A stretch of 63,916 nucleotides of DNA, counting the filler, from Asterionella formosa (taxonomy: Eukaryota): NCBI GenBank assembly GCA_002256025.1. It is 21 parts of 21 records of this genome, joined end to end, with 100 filler letters (N's around TTAATTAATTAA, not from the genome) between each part and the next. Parts side by side here need not be neighbours in the genome. Positions count along the whole stretch, not along the records: positions 30,076 to 49,538 come from NKIB01003668.1; positions 49,639 to 50,846 come from NKIB01003669.1; positions 50,947 to 52,154 come from NKIB01003670.1; positions 52,255 to 53,462 come from NKIB01003671.1; 17 more parts are not named here. One strand, given 5' to 3'. Numbering within the stretch: the first letter of the stretch is position 1; every line of letters starts with the position of its first letter. This document shows, one piece after another, positions 39,900 to 52,402 of this stretch. The translations under genes were made by a program, and so were the position numbers. The notes beneath the pieces were generated by a model. The model was given only the letters and a program-made list of their open reading frames with translations, was not told the DNA's origin and searched no databases.

Positions 39900-40436
39900 T
39901 CACATGGCCTCTTCTGCACCTTCAATCATTGCGGAACTCAAGATATCATAAATTCTTGCCCACGCCGTCTTGACTTCATTAGTAAATCTGTCCCCCATAG
40001 CGGTCTGCAATGTATCAATCAAAGCTCTTCCTACTACGGCATAATGAGCAGGTGTAGCACCGTATTGAGCATGCTTTGTGCCCAAGTCATGGAGTACTTC
40101 AATCAGTGGATCCAAATCAGGCGCCAAGAGGGAGACAGCAGTGTCGACTGTTGAAATGACCCCACTTGCATGCTTCATGAATCGTTCCGATTGATACAGT
40201 TCTTCGGAGCCAGGTTCATAGTCTTTGGTAAATCGAAACATGCCGTGTACTTGAGGTGCGATCTCAAAGATCCTGATTGTAGATAGGGTTAGCGATGGTT
40301 TGTTCTACGAGTACATTTTTTAAATAAAAGAAAGTGCAATCATTTCTTACTTTCGAAACAACATTTCACCAGCGACTTGTTCATAATTTGGAATCGCCTT
40401 GATGATCTTCCAGCTTTCAATAACTTGGGCCGCCAT
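39900..40436 (-). CDS. single-domain 3/3 globin (neuroglobin-like)
   Basis: VIESW, LFRKIFEIAP..GMF (CD1 Phe), distal KHASGV, proximal LGTKHAQYG; intron 40350-40273. Confidence 0.92.
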
Positions 40437-40676
40437 TTTAGAGCTTAGAATGCAAGGAGGTGGGAACTTAACAGTGGGTCACGCTTGAGAGCAATGAATA
40501 GTTTAGCACAACAACACACAAGTGATACTAAATGATGGAAAAAATCGACACTGCCTCTCGGCAACATAGTCATAGACTTTATTCTATAGCTGATGCCTGA
40601 ATGGTGACATTAGGTACTAGTACAAGGTACCTTAGTACCTGGTACACACCAGGTAAGGAGTACCTGGTACTAACTA

Positions 40677-40761
40677 CCAAGCAAGTTGCTGAACTAAAGA
40701 TTTAGCTATCTTTATCCTAGATTAAATTGATGCTTTACGCAAAATGACCGCAACTTGCAGG
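40677..40761. mobile_element. MITE family A, copy 1 (partly deleted)
   Basis: TA|CCAAGCAAGTTGC...TTTAGCTATCTTTATCC...GCAAAATGACCGCAACTTGCAGG|TA; homologous to 49212-49308 and 55765-55905. Confidence 0.7.
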
Positions 40762-41457
40762 TATCGGTACCTGGTACCAAGTACATGGTACCCTGATATG
40801 AATGATATCGGTATCAGGTACTACCAGGTACCACCTAAAAACTGAAAGTCATCCTCATCTTCCCCATGCTTCGACCCAAATTACTTGAGTCCGATTGCAT
40901 GAGTATGAAGGTCATTGTAGCTACAAATAGGTCTGATTATAACTAGGGTGAAATTAACATTTCTTGAGAATGAAAGTTTCTAATGCCATCATTTTGCCTC
41001 ATAAGGATGACTCTCCATACATTGGTTTCTAATACAAAAATGAGGAGTTTTTAACCTGCCATTTTTCGATTACCCTAGCTATTATTGCAAGAAAAACTTT
41101 TTGATGCCATAATATTATTAGTCCATTACTGATTACTACCCGTTGATTATTAGCCCGCCCTTTCGAGGAAAAACCCATAATAATAGTCATTTTCGATGAT
41201 ACGCCACTATTAATATTTGGTTTTGTGTCAAATGCAACTACTAACTAACTTTGGTGATGCTATATTTAATATTCATTACAATTGCTGCTGGACAGCCTCT
41301 TGACAATCACCAATTGTTTGTATGTAATACCACTTGTTGCTTGCATCTTTGTTCTACTTGTTGCACTTTGCTACTTGTCATCATGTAGTACCATAGTTAC
41401 CTGTGTCCACTGGCAGAATACGCTGACAGGCATAACTTTTGTTCTTTAATTGTTTGT

Positions 41458-41755
41458 TCATTCCTCCGCCTCTTCATCATCACCAAAGTCAACTCCATCC
41501 TTAGCATTAACCACTCCTGCAGGATGCTGCACAACACCACCAGCAGCAAGGACATCCACTGTTGGGGGCTGTTGGTCACCATGGTTTGATTTTGCACACA
41601 ACCTGGTAAGTAGCGCTTGTCTGCCTTGTTTGTGGCGCTGACGCATCGCCATTGCGCCTGAACCATCGTACCATAACCTTTAGATCAGCTACTGACTGCA
41701 AGTGCTCTGGCTTTCGTTCTGTGCGCAGCGCCATAAATTTGGAGCGAAGTGCAAC
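41458..41755 (-). mobile_element. frameshifted C-terminal remnant of a pogo/DDE-1-type transposase
   Basis: SVADLKVMVRWFRRNGDASAPQTRQ/ALLTRL aligns with NVAELKTMVTWYKRNGDAPLPITRQNLLARY of the 19610-20456 ORF. Confidence 0.7.
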
Positions 41756-42540
41756 ATAGATGGTAAGAGAGGGTGCTTACCAGTGCTAGTAGGATCACTG
41801 TGATTGTACTAGTAGCTTACTTTCTTCTAATTACATTTCTTGGGTGCCTCGACAAAATTGTGTACTATTTGAAATTAATTTGGTTTTTATTAATTATTTA
41901 TGTCAGATTATTCTCTATCTTGGTTGGTTTAATCGAAACCAACTTAACGGATTACAGTAAATCCGATTTTATTGTCTGGGCTACTTCTCTATACCAGTTT
42001 GCTTATCTGGACACCTGTGATCGCCGTTCACCCGAACACTACTGGCCTTTCCTCCAACAACTACTCACTCCAATCAGTTTTTTCAAATAGGAATCAAGAC
42101 TCATGATCAATATTTACTTGGCCCAGTAAGATCTTACAAGCACAAGTTAAGCAAGCAAGGAAAGTGTCTTTTGAATGGCACACGTGCGTCTGTAAATAAA
42201 AAAATATGATATATTTACAAGATCACGCCAGGTATCATACAATATGTGATACTTATTTTGTTACATGTATTGCTTATAAATGTATCATACTAGTATAAGT
42301 ATATGATCATGTCAAGCAAACTTATAATAAACAATACACCATTTAATTATCAAAACATTATCACACTTTTGTTAGCATAGGTAACGAGTCCCCAACCATC
42401 TTTTGCGAAAAGGTGATTGTCTTCGTAGCCGCATCGTTAGGGGAAACGTCGACCGCCTAGGAAGGCGGCACACGCTTCAAAGCTGCTTTTAGGAAGCAAT
42501 CCACCATATCTCGCCCACCAGGCAAGAAGACCATGCGGGA

Positions 42541-42651
42541 TGGTAAGAGGTGTGGTAGTCGAACCCAACAATTGCTTCTAAAAAAATGAAGGAATCTAAC
42601 ATCACAAAACCAGATCACAGGCAACGTGCTAAACCACTAAGCCATTCCCCT
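42541..42651 (-). pseudogene. tRNA-His(GTG)-like pseudogene or SINE head with an intron-like insert
   Basis: A box TGGCTTAGTGG; anticodon arm GTTGC-CTGTGA..[insert]..GCAAT; B box GGTTCGACT; ends in CCA. Acceptor and T stems pair poorly. Confidence 0.55.
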
Positions 42652-43836
42652 GATAATTTTAAATATATACTATGCAAAAAATGCATAATGTTGATGCAGC
42701 ATGATAAAATTTGAATTCTTACATTTTAAATGAGAAAGTGGACATTGACAATGAATGTTATAGGAATGATAACGAAATCGGGACCATTTCTTGTCACTGC
42801 AAACAAGTGTGAGTAATATGATTGTTGTGCACTGCTTTAATCATGCATATTCTCGAGTTCTGACTGGTAAGCACAATCAAAATGTGAAGCGGAACAATAA
42901 TAATTGAATAGAAATTAGGGACTCTTCCTTTCTTTATGTGGCAATACCAGCATAACTGAGAAACAAAACTTCCCCATTGCACTGTTGCGATTACTAGTTG
43001 GTCAACAAATATTGTTGCAACAAACACACATAATTATTCGATAAGTGATAAATGTTTTTTAGAAGACATAAATTTTTGTTCAAACCAAATAGATTTCCAA
43101 ACATGCTGTAGTATAAATACATCAATTTAGGCATAAATTCAAAAAAGTGGTGCAGTAGCTATGTGCTCAGCAACATTGATGACATTGTGTATTTTCCATA
43201 GTTGTGTATCAAGGTTTTGACTGTTGTTTAAATGATATAATGGAAGCAGTATTGACTCCTTCTGGTCCAGACTGATTGGTGTCTGTGGAACTGTTCATGT
43301 TGTGATTGGCACAGGTCTAAATATAAGTAGTTCAATTTTAGATCCATGTTCTTTGCCATGATGATGTACATCCACCTTTTTAGTCAGATGAGGAAGTAAT
43401 ATCCAACAATGCATATAAAGCTAAAGGAAGAAGACATGAAGGTTTGATATTGGGCCTCAAAGATACACTGAATTCAGCTTAATGAGTTGGCATGAATGGT
43501 AGTTTAATGCTGGTATAATAGTGCATTACTGGTAGTTGCATGGATGGAATACTGTACAGGTACAAAGGACATCAAAAGGGGCCCATAATCCATTCTTCTG
43601 CCGACTTCACATTTCCGCCCTGTCCTGCCATCATGCAAAGTATGTACAGAATTCCTGTGTAAACATACATACCGTTATAATTAGTATGTACGTGGGGGGG
43701 GACGTTGGGATGGTTTCGATCCCATGCATAAAATAATAAAAATCATCGATCTGCATTGATAAAACTGATAGACGAGAGTCTGAATACACAAGTGTGACGA
43801 GTCGTAACAAGTGTAATCCATACACAACTGCCAGAA

Positions 43837-46800
43837 ATGACTACGCCTCCCACGTCCGCCATGGCAGAATTGCACGTCAGCAAAGGAACGGGCAAGCGCG
43901 ATGCACTTCGTGCGAATGAGATTGCCGTACAGAAAATGTGGGAGGAGAAAAAGGCGTTTGAATCAGATGCGTCCGCTGCCGGAGACGAGAAATTCATTGT
44001 CACCTTCCCGTACCCCTATTCCAATGGCCATTTGCACATCGGCCATGCCTTTAGTTTGACAAAGGCGGTCTTTCGAGCACAGTATGAACGCCATCAAGGA
44101 AAGAACGTATTGTTTCCGTTTGCCTTTCACTGCACGGGCATGCCAATTCAAGCGGTACGTACCCTCTTTATTCCGCACACTACCGGTACTTTGAATTGAC
44201 CTGACCGGTATCATACAGAAATGCATTTTTGATGAATGTGTTCACTGTAGATCCTTCCAAACAACGCTGACACTTTTCTACTACTGATACTACTGAATAG
44301 GCCGCCAACAAACTCAAAAGTGAAATTGACCTCTATGGGTGTCCCCCTCAGTTCCCCGAAGACGACCCTTCTGTTCGTGCGGAAATGGAAGCCGACATTT
44401 TGGCCAAGGCCGAAGCCAAGGCTGCCACAGCCCTGCCGGACAAGAAAGCAAAAGGTAACAAGACCAAGCTTGTTCAAAAATCTGGGACTGGCATTGTCAG
44501 ACAGTGGAATATTTTGGCCAAAATGATTCCCATCGAAGAGATTCCTGCCTTTGTTGATCCACTCCATTGGCTCCATACGTTTCCACAAGTTGGAGTTACA
44601 CATATGAAGAAATTTGGATCTGGTGTGGATTGGAGACGTTCTTTTATTACCACTCATGTCAATCCATACTATGACGCCTTTATTCGCTGGCAATTCAATG
44701 TCCTCAAGAGCAAAAATAAGATTCTTTTTGGAAAGCGTAATAACGTATTTTCATTGTTGGATGGACAGGTTTGTGCAGATCATGATCGTTCAGAGGGCGA
44801 AGGGGTTGGAGCGCAAGAGTACGTATTGATTAAGTTGCAGGTGTTGGAACCAGACCATGGTCAAGCACGCCACGCCAAGATGCAAGCCTTGTTGAACAGA
44901 TTTCCAGATAAGCACATATACATGGTGCCCGCGACTCTTCGTCCTGAAACAATGTATGGACAAACTAACTGCTTTGTGCTTCCAACTGGAGAGTATGGTG
45001 CGTATTCTGTCGATGCTACGAACGAAATTTTTATCATGTCGGAAAGGTCAGCTCGTGGGCTCTCGTGCCAATTGTTTGATAAAGAAAACTATTTCATGAA
45101 GGAATTTGGAAAGATTGAGTGTCTCGAAACGTTTACCGGTGATGAATTGCTGGGCATTCCTGTCCGATGTCCTTTGGCCACTTACGAAAAAGTTTACACT
45201 TTGCCCTTATTGACCATTAGCATGTTTAAGGGAACCGGAGTCGTCACCTCTGTTCCTTCCGATGCTCCTGATGACTACATTGCCCTCAAGGCCCTTCAGG
45301 ACAAGCCGGACTTTGCTGCCAAATACGACATCACACCTGACATGGTTGACCCCTTCCACGTAGTACCAATTATTGAAATCGAAGGGTACGGTAATACAAG
45401 TGCTGTCTTCATGTGCGAAAAGCTCAAGATTCAGTCTTTCAACGACAAGGCAAAATTACAGGAAGCCAAAGATGAAACATATCTTAAGGGATTCAACTTT
45501 GGCATCATGACCATTGGGCCATATTCCGGAAAGAAAGTGTCGGAGGCCAAGCCAATTATCAAGCAAGAAATGATTGGCGCAAACCAGGCTCACCTATATT
45601 TTGAACCCGAATCTCGTGTTGTGTCAAGGACTGGAGATGAATGTGTTGTCGCGGCCACAGATCAGTGGTATTTGTCATATGGAGAAGAGTCTTGGTCGCA
45701 ATTGGTCAAGGATCATGTCTTGGATGGAGCCAGATTCAATGCTTACGACCCCAACGCGCTAAGCAAGTACGAGTACACAATTGGTTGGTTAAAGGAGTGG
45801 GCGTGCACTCGCCAATTCGGACTCGGAACTTTTTTGCCTTGGGATCCAGTGTGGGTCATTGAGTCCTTGAGTGACTCAACGATTTATATGGCATACTACA
45901 CTATTGCTCATGTGTTGCAAGGGGTCGACAATCTAGAGGGGGAGTCTGCGAAGTCACCTGGAAAGATTAATCCCGAGGATTTGACCACTGAAGTCTTTGA
46001 TTACATTTACCGAAATGGGGTTTTGCCTGAGACTCCCATCGCCACCGAAACTCTTGACAAAATGAGAGCTGAATTCCGATACTGGTATCCTATGGACTTG
46101 CGCGTATCTGCGAAGGATTTGATACCTAACCACTTGACAATGGCTCTATTCAACCACGCTGCCATTTGGGAAGATGAGCCGGAGTTGTGGCCTAAAGGTT
46201 ACTACTGCAATGGTCATGTCTTGGTTGACGCTGAGAAAATGTCGAAGTCTAAGGGTAACTTCTTGATTATGAACGAGACCATTGATATGTACACTGCTGA
46301 TGCCACTCGATTTGCGTGTGCTGATGCTGGGGACTCTTTGGACGACGCAAATTTCAGCCGAGAGACCGCAGATTCTGCAATCATATCACTAAGTAACGAG
46401 GAGACCTGGATCAACGAAGCGGTGGCTTCTAGCAGTCTCAGAACGGAAGGCGAACTCAACTTTATGGACCAAGTGTTGATTAATGAGACTAACAGTCTCG
46501 TTGAGGCGACCGGTGTTTCCTTCGCGACAATGCAGTTCCGAGAGGGCCTTCAACATGCATGGTTCGAAATGATGATAGCTCGAAATGACTATCGTACTTG
46601 GTGCCAAGATAGTTCAACACCAATGCACCGTGATGTGTTGCGGAAGTGGTGCGAAGCGTTGGTCATTCTCATTTGCCCCGTCTGCCCTCATTGGTAAGTA
46701 ATACTGTCTATTGTAATCCGTGAACCATTGTTGTTGCTGTGTATAGGCTTATCGAAGTGCCTCCTTGTTCTCAGGTCTGAAAAGATTTGGAAGGCACTTG

Positions 46801-47345
46801 GAAAGGAGGGACTTGCAGTCCAGGCGCCTTGGCCGGTTGCCGAAGCAGAGGATAAGATCTTAACTCGTCAATCCAAATTCCTTAGCTCGTCTATCAAGAC
46901 CTTCCGTGCTCAAGTTGGTAAGGCCAAGAAGGGCTGGAAGGAGTCGACCATTCTCGTTACCGACTCATACCCTGAATGGAAGATTGAGGTCCTCAAATGG
47001 ATGCAAGGACAATATGATGGAACTTCTTTTTCTGCTACTTTTATGAAAGATATTAAGGATTGGACTGCCTCCAGCTTTTCTGACAAAAAACTTGTAAAAT
47101 TTGCCTTGCAATTCGCCTCGTTTATCAGAAAGGAAGTCGAAGATGTTGGAGCCCCGGCCATGGACTTGACCCTTCCTTTTGACCAAAAGTCCATCCTTGA
47201 TGGAAGTTCACTGTATCTCAAGGCACAATTGAGTCTGACGGAATTATCGGTTGTCATGGTTGGCGACAAGGATACTGCCAAGGACGTTCCCGATCGTGTT
47301 CGTGAGAACGTCACACCGGGAAAGCCTTACTTGTGGCTGCACTAG
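43837..47345 (+). CDS. LARS1: cytosolic leucyl-tRNA synthetase
   Basis: [35 protein letters not shown] editing motif, KMSKS; introns 44155-44300 and 46694-46774. Confidence 0.97.
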
Positions 47346-47662
47346 ATCTAACAAGAGCTAAAAGAAGGCACAACAATTGATCGAACTATCTCAACGATAC
47401 CAGGGTTTTATTTTGCTAGTTATTCCATTAATTAAAGGCAGCGAGAAAATTCTAATAACTTGCACAACAGGGTGCCTTCGAGGGTGCGACGGGTCTCTCC
47501 TCTGTTGAAGGCCGATAGTTTCGGGGATAACTGTTACGTACTCCAATGGTAGCATGACATGTTCTCGTAGTTAGCTTTTGCTACAATACCAGTTAGAGTT
47601 GACTGGTTGCGGAAGGTGCCATGATGGTCGCTCGTCCCGAGGCTAGACTGTTTATGCACACA

Positions 47663-48745
47663 TCACTCTTTATCATTTCCAAACAGCTGCTTTGAGATGG
47701 GCACCAAACCTGGTATTGTTGACTTGGACAGTTCTTCGGCATGAATAGCAAAGCACCTTTTTGTGTGCTCTTCATCTTTGAGCAAGGCCTCAATAGCATT
47801 AGTTACAATTGTATGAGTTGCACCGACTATTGCTTGCTGTTCAAAGGGAGCCGCCTCTTCTTCTTTAGTGACGGCCACTTGCTGAATTTGAAGCTTTTCA
47901 GTTGTAATCGACCTCGCTATGAGCCGATGCTCCTCCGATAAAGTTGTTCTCCTTCTGAAAAACTCATTGTCATCTCCATGATCGGATCCAGATTCCTGAA
48001 GTCGTATCTTTCGTGAAGACTCGTCCGAGTCTTCTGAGCCTTTCCGGTGGCCTGACGACAGTCGTCGTTTTACCATGATCACTTCCTCGGTGTGTGAGTC
48101 ATTATCATCTATAGAATAGGTCTCATGACGACCAATTAGTTTACATCGATCCCAGTCCCCTTTTCGGAAAAGCTTGTGACGAAAAACTTCAATCCCTGTC
48201 CGCTGGGTCGCAATCAAGGCGAAACCCCAAGTAGCTAGTTCTGATAGAAATGACTCCATAGAGTCTAAATCGAAACGATCGTTCAGAATCATCCGATCGA
48301 ACTTATCGCTCCTTAGCGCAAAGTACTTTCCGTCCGGTAGCCAAGTTATCATATTATTGTATTCAGATTCCATCAAAAGTTTCATTAGCTTCTTTGGAAA
48401 GGTTGGCAACTTAGATGCACCACTATGACTTTCAGTGACCATGGTAGGATTCGTTCTTTGCATAGGAGATACGTCCTCTTCGTCCTCTGGTTGGCCTACG
48501 ACTGGTGATGTCGACGCATTCTTCTTCATTTTGCACTCTTCGTTATGTCCATCCTCGCTACTTTCACTCAATTGAAGGGTCACAGCACTCAACAAAGCAG
48601 AAAGACCGGAATGAGTTGATAAAGAAAAGTGTTGATCTACAGTGTACACATCATCTGACATATTCCTCCGTAATGGTTCATTTACACTGCTGTTGGAATT
48701 CTCCATACTTGAAGCCAGCAACACATCTCTATCATCTATCACCAT
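47663..48745 (-). CDS. HSF-type DNA-binding domain protein (divergent)
   Basis: FPKKLMKLL..ITWLPDGKYF..SFLSELATWGF..FRHKLFRKG; start codon uncertain. Confidence 0.8.
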   Translation of the reverse strand: MVIDDRDVLLASSMENSNSSVNEPLRRNMSDDVYTVDQHFSLSTHSGLSALLSAVTLQLSESSEDGHNEECKMKKNASTSPVVGQPEDEEDVSPMQRTNPTMVTESHSGASKLPTFPKKLMKLLMESEYNNMITWLPDGKYFALRSDKFDRMILNDRFDLDSMESFLSELATWGFALIATQRTGIEVFRHKLFRKGDWDRCKLIGRHETYSIDDNDSHTEEVIMVKRRLSSGHRKGSEDSDESSRKIRLQESGSDHGDDNEFFRRRTTLSEEHRLIARSITTEKLQIQQVAVTKEEEAAPFEQQAIVGATHTIVTNAIEALLKDEEHTKRCFAIHAEELSKSTIPGLVPISKQLFGNDKE

Positions 48746-49211
48746 GAAAAGGAATTGACGCAAAGTCAGGAGGTGCAACACCAAAACAAAAAAGACCGAG
48801 ATCTATGCACTATTGGGTGAGAAAAAGACAAGATGCTATAAAAGGGTCACTTTATGGCTCTTGCCATCAGTTTGTTCAATGGTCGGATGTACACTGGCAT
48901 ACATAAAGAATACCGGTGGTATGTATGAAGTCGATAAAATGAGTCTATACGAAGCATTCGCCGATGAATATAATGCATGCATATAGAAGGGACAGTACTT
49001 AGACAATGGTACCAGGTACTGTGCAATGTAACTAACTGGTACTCCGAGTACATGGTAACTTGTACAAGGTACCACGGTACCGTAATGACCAGCAGACCAT
49101 ACATCATGCCAATTATTTTTAAAATTTATCATTCAGGCACAACTAATTTCGTACCTGAAGGTAATATTATATACCATCTCATCATCTGATCGAATTACAC
49201 CGGTAATGGTA

Positions 49212-49308
49212 CCATGTAAGTTGCGGGAATTGTGCTAAAACTAAAACTTTAGCTATCTTTATCCCATATTAAATTGTTTGTTTAAGCAAAATGACCGCAA
49301 CTTGCAGG
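49212..49308. mobile_element. MITE family A, copy 2 (97 bp, TA-flanked)
   Basis: TA|CCATGTAAGTTGCGG ... CCGCAACTTGCAGG|TA imperfect terminal inverted repeats. Confidence 0.75.
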
Positions 49309-49310
49309 TA

Positions 49311-49538
49311 CTGGTTTGTTGAAATACCGGTATGGTGGCGCTTCGTCTTCCTATCGCGCTCCGGTACTGCCATGGAATGACCGGTCAAGATCTTTCTGTC
49401 GCCACTATTTTCCATATAAATCTGCTATGTTCATACTGTCTATGATTTCCATTTAGACATTCCTCAGACTACATCTAGTTTTCGGACACCTGTCGACATC
49501 AACAGCCTAACTGACGCATTCTGACACGAGTTTACCTG
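49311..49538. repeat. dispersed repeat family B, copy 1
   Basis: Reverse-complement homologue of 56616-56827; shared GAATGACCGGTCAAGATC and TTCGGACACCTGTCGACATCAACAG. Confidence 0.8.
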
Positions 49539-50946
49539 NNNNNNNNNNNNNNNNNNNNNNNNNNNNNNNNNNNNNNNNNNNNTTAATTAATTAANNNNNN
49601 NNNNNNNNNNNNNNNNNNNNNNNNNNNNNNNNNNNNNNAATTAAATAGGAATCGGCGCCAGATTGATAGAGTTCCATTTCAAACAAATAAAAATGATATT
49701 CAAACGCTATATGTTTATCCTCATTGCTGGAAGTAGATTTGATTTTGCCAAACGCCAAAATACATACCGGTTTTTTCAAATAGAGAGTACTGGTATACCA
49801 ACATGTACGCTCATGGTTCGTGTTTATACGTCATATTGAATCTACGTTGCTGAATGCAGGTAAAATGTACCTAAACGTACAAAGGTATATATGAAAATCA
49901 GCTCCCGGTACCGGAGTACCAGAGTCCCAGTACACCGGTACCTGGTACCAGGTGCCTAGTAGATTATCTTCGTTCATGTTGATAGAAGAGATGATGAAAC
50001 GACCGATACCCTGGTATCAGGTTCCGGTAATACTAATTTTACCTACCGGTATGGAGTACATCTAATACATTTGGTTCAAGTTTGGCTGGCGTGATTTTAC
50101 AAGACCGGAATACTTCAGCCAATCTGGAGCAGGTGAGAAAATTCAATTTAACCAATCAGAATACGTGCAATGACGCGGCAACTAACCCTGGAGTACCCTA
50201 TAAAGTTATCCCTCGTAGACTTTTTAAAAAGCTTTATAGCCCCCTTTTTTCACTATTTTTTGGATAGTTACGATTCCAAGAGGGATAACTGCAGTTTCTC
50301 TCCGGAAATGAGGTCCTTGTCATATCCAAAGTGGTCATAATGGTGAAAGCTAATTTTACCTGTAACTATTTTATTTACTTGTACGTAATGTGTCGTTTAT
50401 GGTGCATCATAAAATTATTTTGGGAAAAAACGGACCTCCTATTGTGAAACTGCGGGGCCGCAACCTTGAGCAACACTAATTTTATAAATTTAATAGATGT
50501 CATGTAATTTAATTAATCAACAAAGACACCATTTTTATCTCTAATGGCAAGAATATTATTATCACTAGCTATACTCATGGAATAATGCTTTTCATCACTT
50601 GTAAATGACTTGCGCAATGGCATCTAATCATAATTAGGTTAACAATCATTACATCTCTACTTAGTTCTTGTTATTACCTAGCTAATTCCCTCCAGTTGTA
50701 GTTGTATGCTACATTAATCCTATTTCAGTCAGTTCACGCCGTTGGCACAACACATTTGCGAGAGGTCGCCTAAACCCGTTGCTGGTGACAACATCGAGAA
50801 TAATTTGCCGAATCTGTGAAGTACCTTGTACTAGATCCAACTTCCTNNNNNNNNNNNNNNNNNNNNNNNNNNNNNNNNNNNNNNNNNNNNTTAATTAATT
50901 AANNNNNNNNNNNNNNNNNNNNNNNNNNNNNNNNNNNNNNNNNNNN

Positions 50947-51760
50947 GTCTCCAAACAGAATTGTGCCCGGTTGCCAAGAAATTTGGTTTTGCCATTCCTT
51001 TCTAGTTGCATTAGAGTTTCCAATACTTTCACAATTGTAAATGGCCCACATGACCATCCACTATCATCTTCTGGTTTAAAAAACATGGAATTATGTTCAG
51101 TGGCCATAATGATCTGCAATGGTGCTTTGGTGCCAGTATAGAAAGATTCCGATAAACCAATTTCTTCAGGTGTATGGTTTTTTCGTGGAAGATATCCTGT
51201 ATCGGTGCTTAACAATTCCAATTGTTTCGTGCATCCAGGGATGATGCAGTACCAGTACTTACGGGCAAGTTGAAATACTTGATCATAATGTTCATCCAAA
51301 CTTGCATCTTTTCCTGGATCACGGACTTGACATAATCCATCATTTATAGCAAAAAGATAATGCACAAAATGGTTGTTTTCCTCCTCATCTGATCTTTTGC
51401 AATAAACAATTAGCACATACAGTAGTTACTGTCATCAGGAAGTGGATGACAATCACCTTGGTATATATACGGTTTGTCATTACCCTTTTCTGGTTTCTCA
51501 TCCAGATCAAATAAAACCTTTACATCAGTTGGATGAAGTTCATGAATTATATAATGGATCACAGAGCACGGTAATTGTTTCAAGGTCCCAATATGCAAGA
51601 TCATTAAAATCTGAAGATGATTTTTTGATACCTTTGACTCCATAAAATACAGAGGCGTAATTGCATATTTCTTGTGCGGTACGTGTGTACAAATCTTTCC
51701 ACAATTTTAGTTGTCCATACGTTTTCGGCAAACTCAAGGAAAATGCAGTTTGCTTTGGCA
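50947..51760 (-). pseudogene. broken ORF, possibly a transposon-borne Ulp1/C48 protease-like remnant
   Basis: Three overlapping frame-shifted ORFs. NHFVHYLF and DDSGWSCGPF resemble the His and Cys motifs of C48 proteases. Confidence 0.3.
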
Positions 51761-52254
51761 TAATAACTCTACACGTGTCCTTTGGAAAGGATCATAACTT
51801 TGAATACATTGACAGTTTTACCTACTCCCCCCTGTCACAGTTTTATTTGGGACAATCCATCTTAAGTGAAGCTATGAAACATACATAATATTATGTCATC
51901 TATTAGTAGTGAAAACTTTTTTACATTAAGCTAAAAATACCAAATCCTGTTAATCTTCATCTGTAACACATCGCAAGACTTTTACAAAGACAGTGTCAGT
52001 GTGGCAATTATCCAAAAGAATCCAACAAGATGAGGTATGTACCACTGCCAAAATTCTACATGTAGAATTTTCAGTAGAATATATGCCCTCATTTTCGTAG
52101 AATATTCTACTCAGTCATACAAATTGGGTTAGGGTTAGCTGTGGGTTAAAAAAANNNNNNNNNNNNNNNNNNNNNNNNNNNNNNNNNNNNNNNNNNNNTT
52201 AATTAATTAANNNNNNNNNNNNNNNNNNNNNNNNNNNNNNNNNNNNNNNNNNNN

Positions 52255-52402
52255 CCACCTTGGATCCCTACAAGATCCACCACCTTGGATCCCTACAAGA
52301 TCCACCACCTTGGATCCCTACAAGATCCACCACCTTGGATCCCTACAAGATCCACCACCTTGGATCCCTACAAGATCCACCACCCTAAATCCCTACAAGA
52401 TT
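52255..52402. repeat. 25-bp tandem array CCACCTTGGATCCCTACAAGATCCA, five copies plus one degenerate unit
   Basis: Directly visible; same array at 61404-61551. Confidence 0.95.

Noticed and set aside
52255..52402. CRISPR-like palindromic 25-bp repeats
   Set aside because: No spacers and no cas genes; the context is a eukaryotic LTR.
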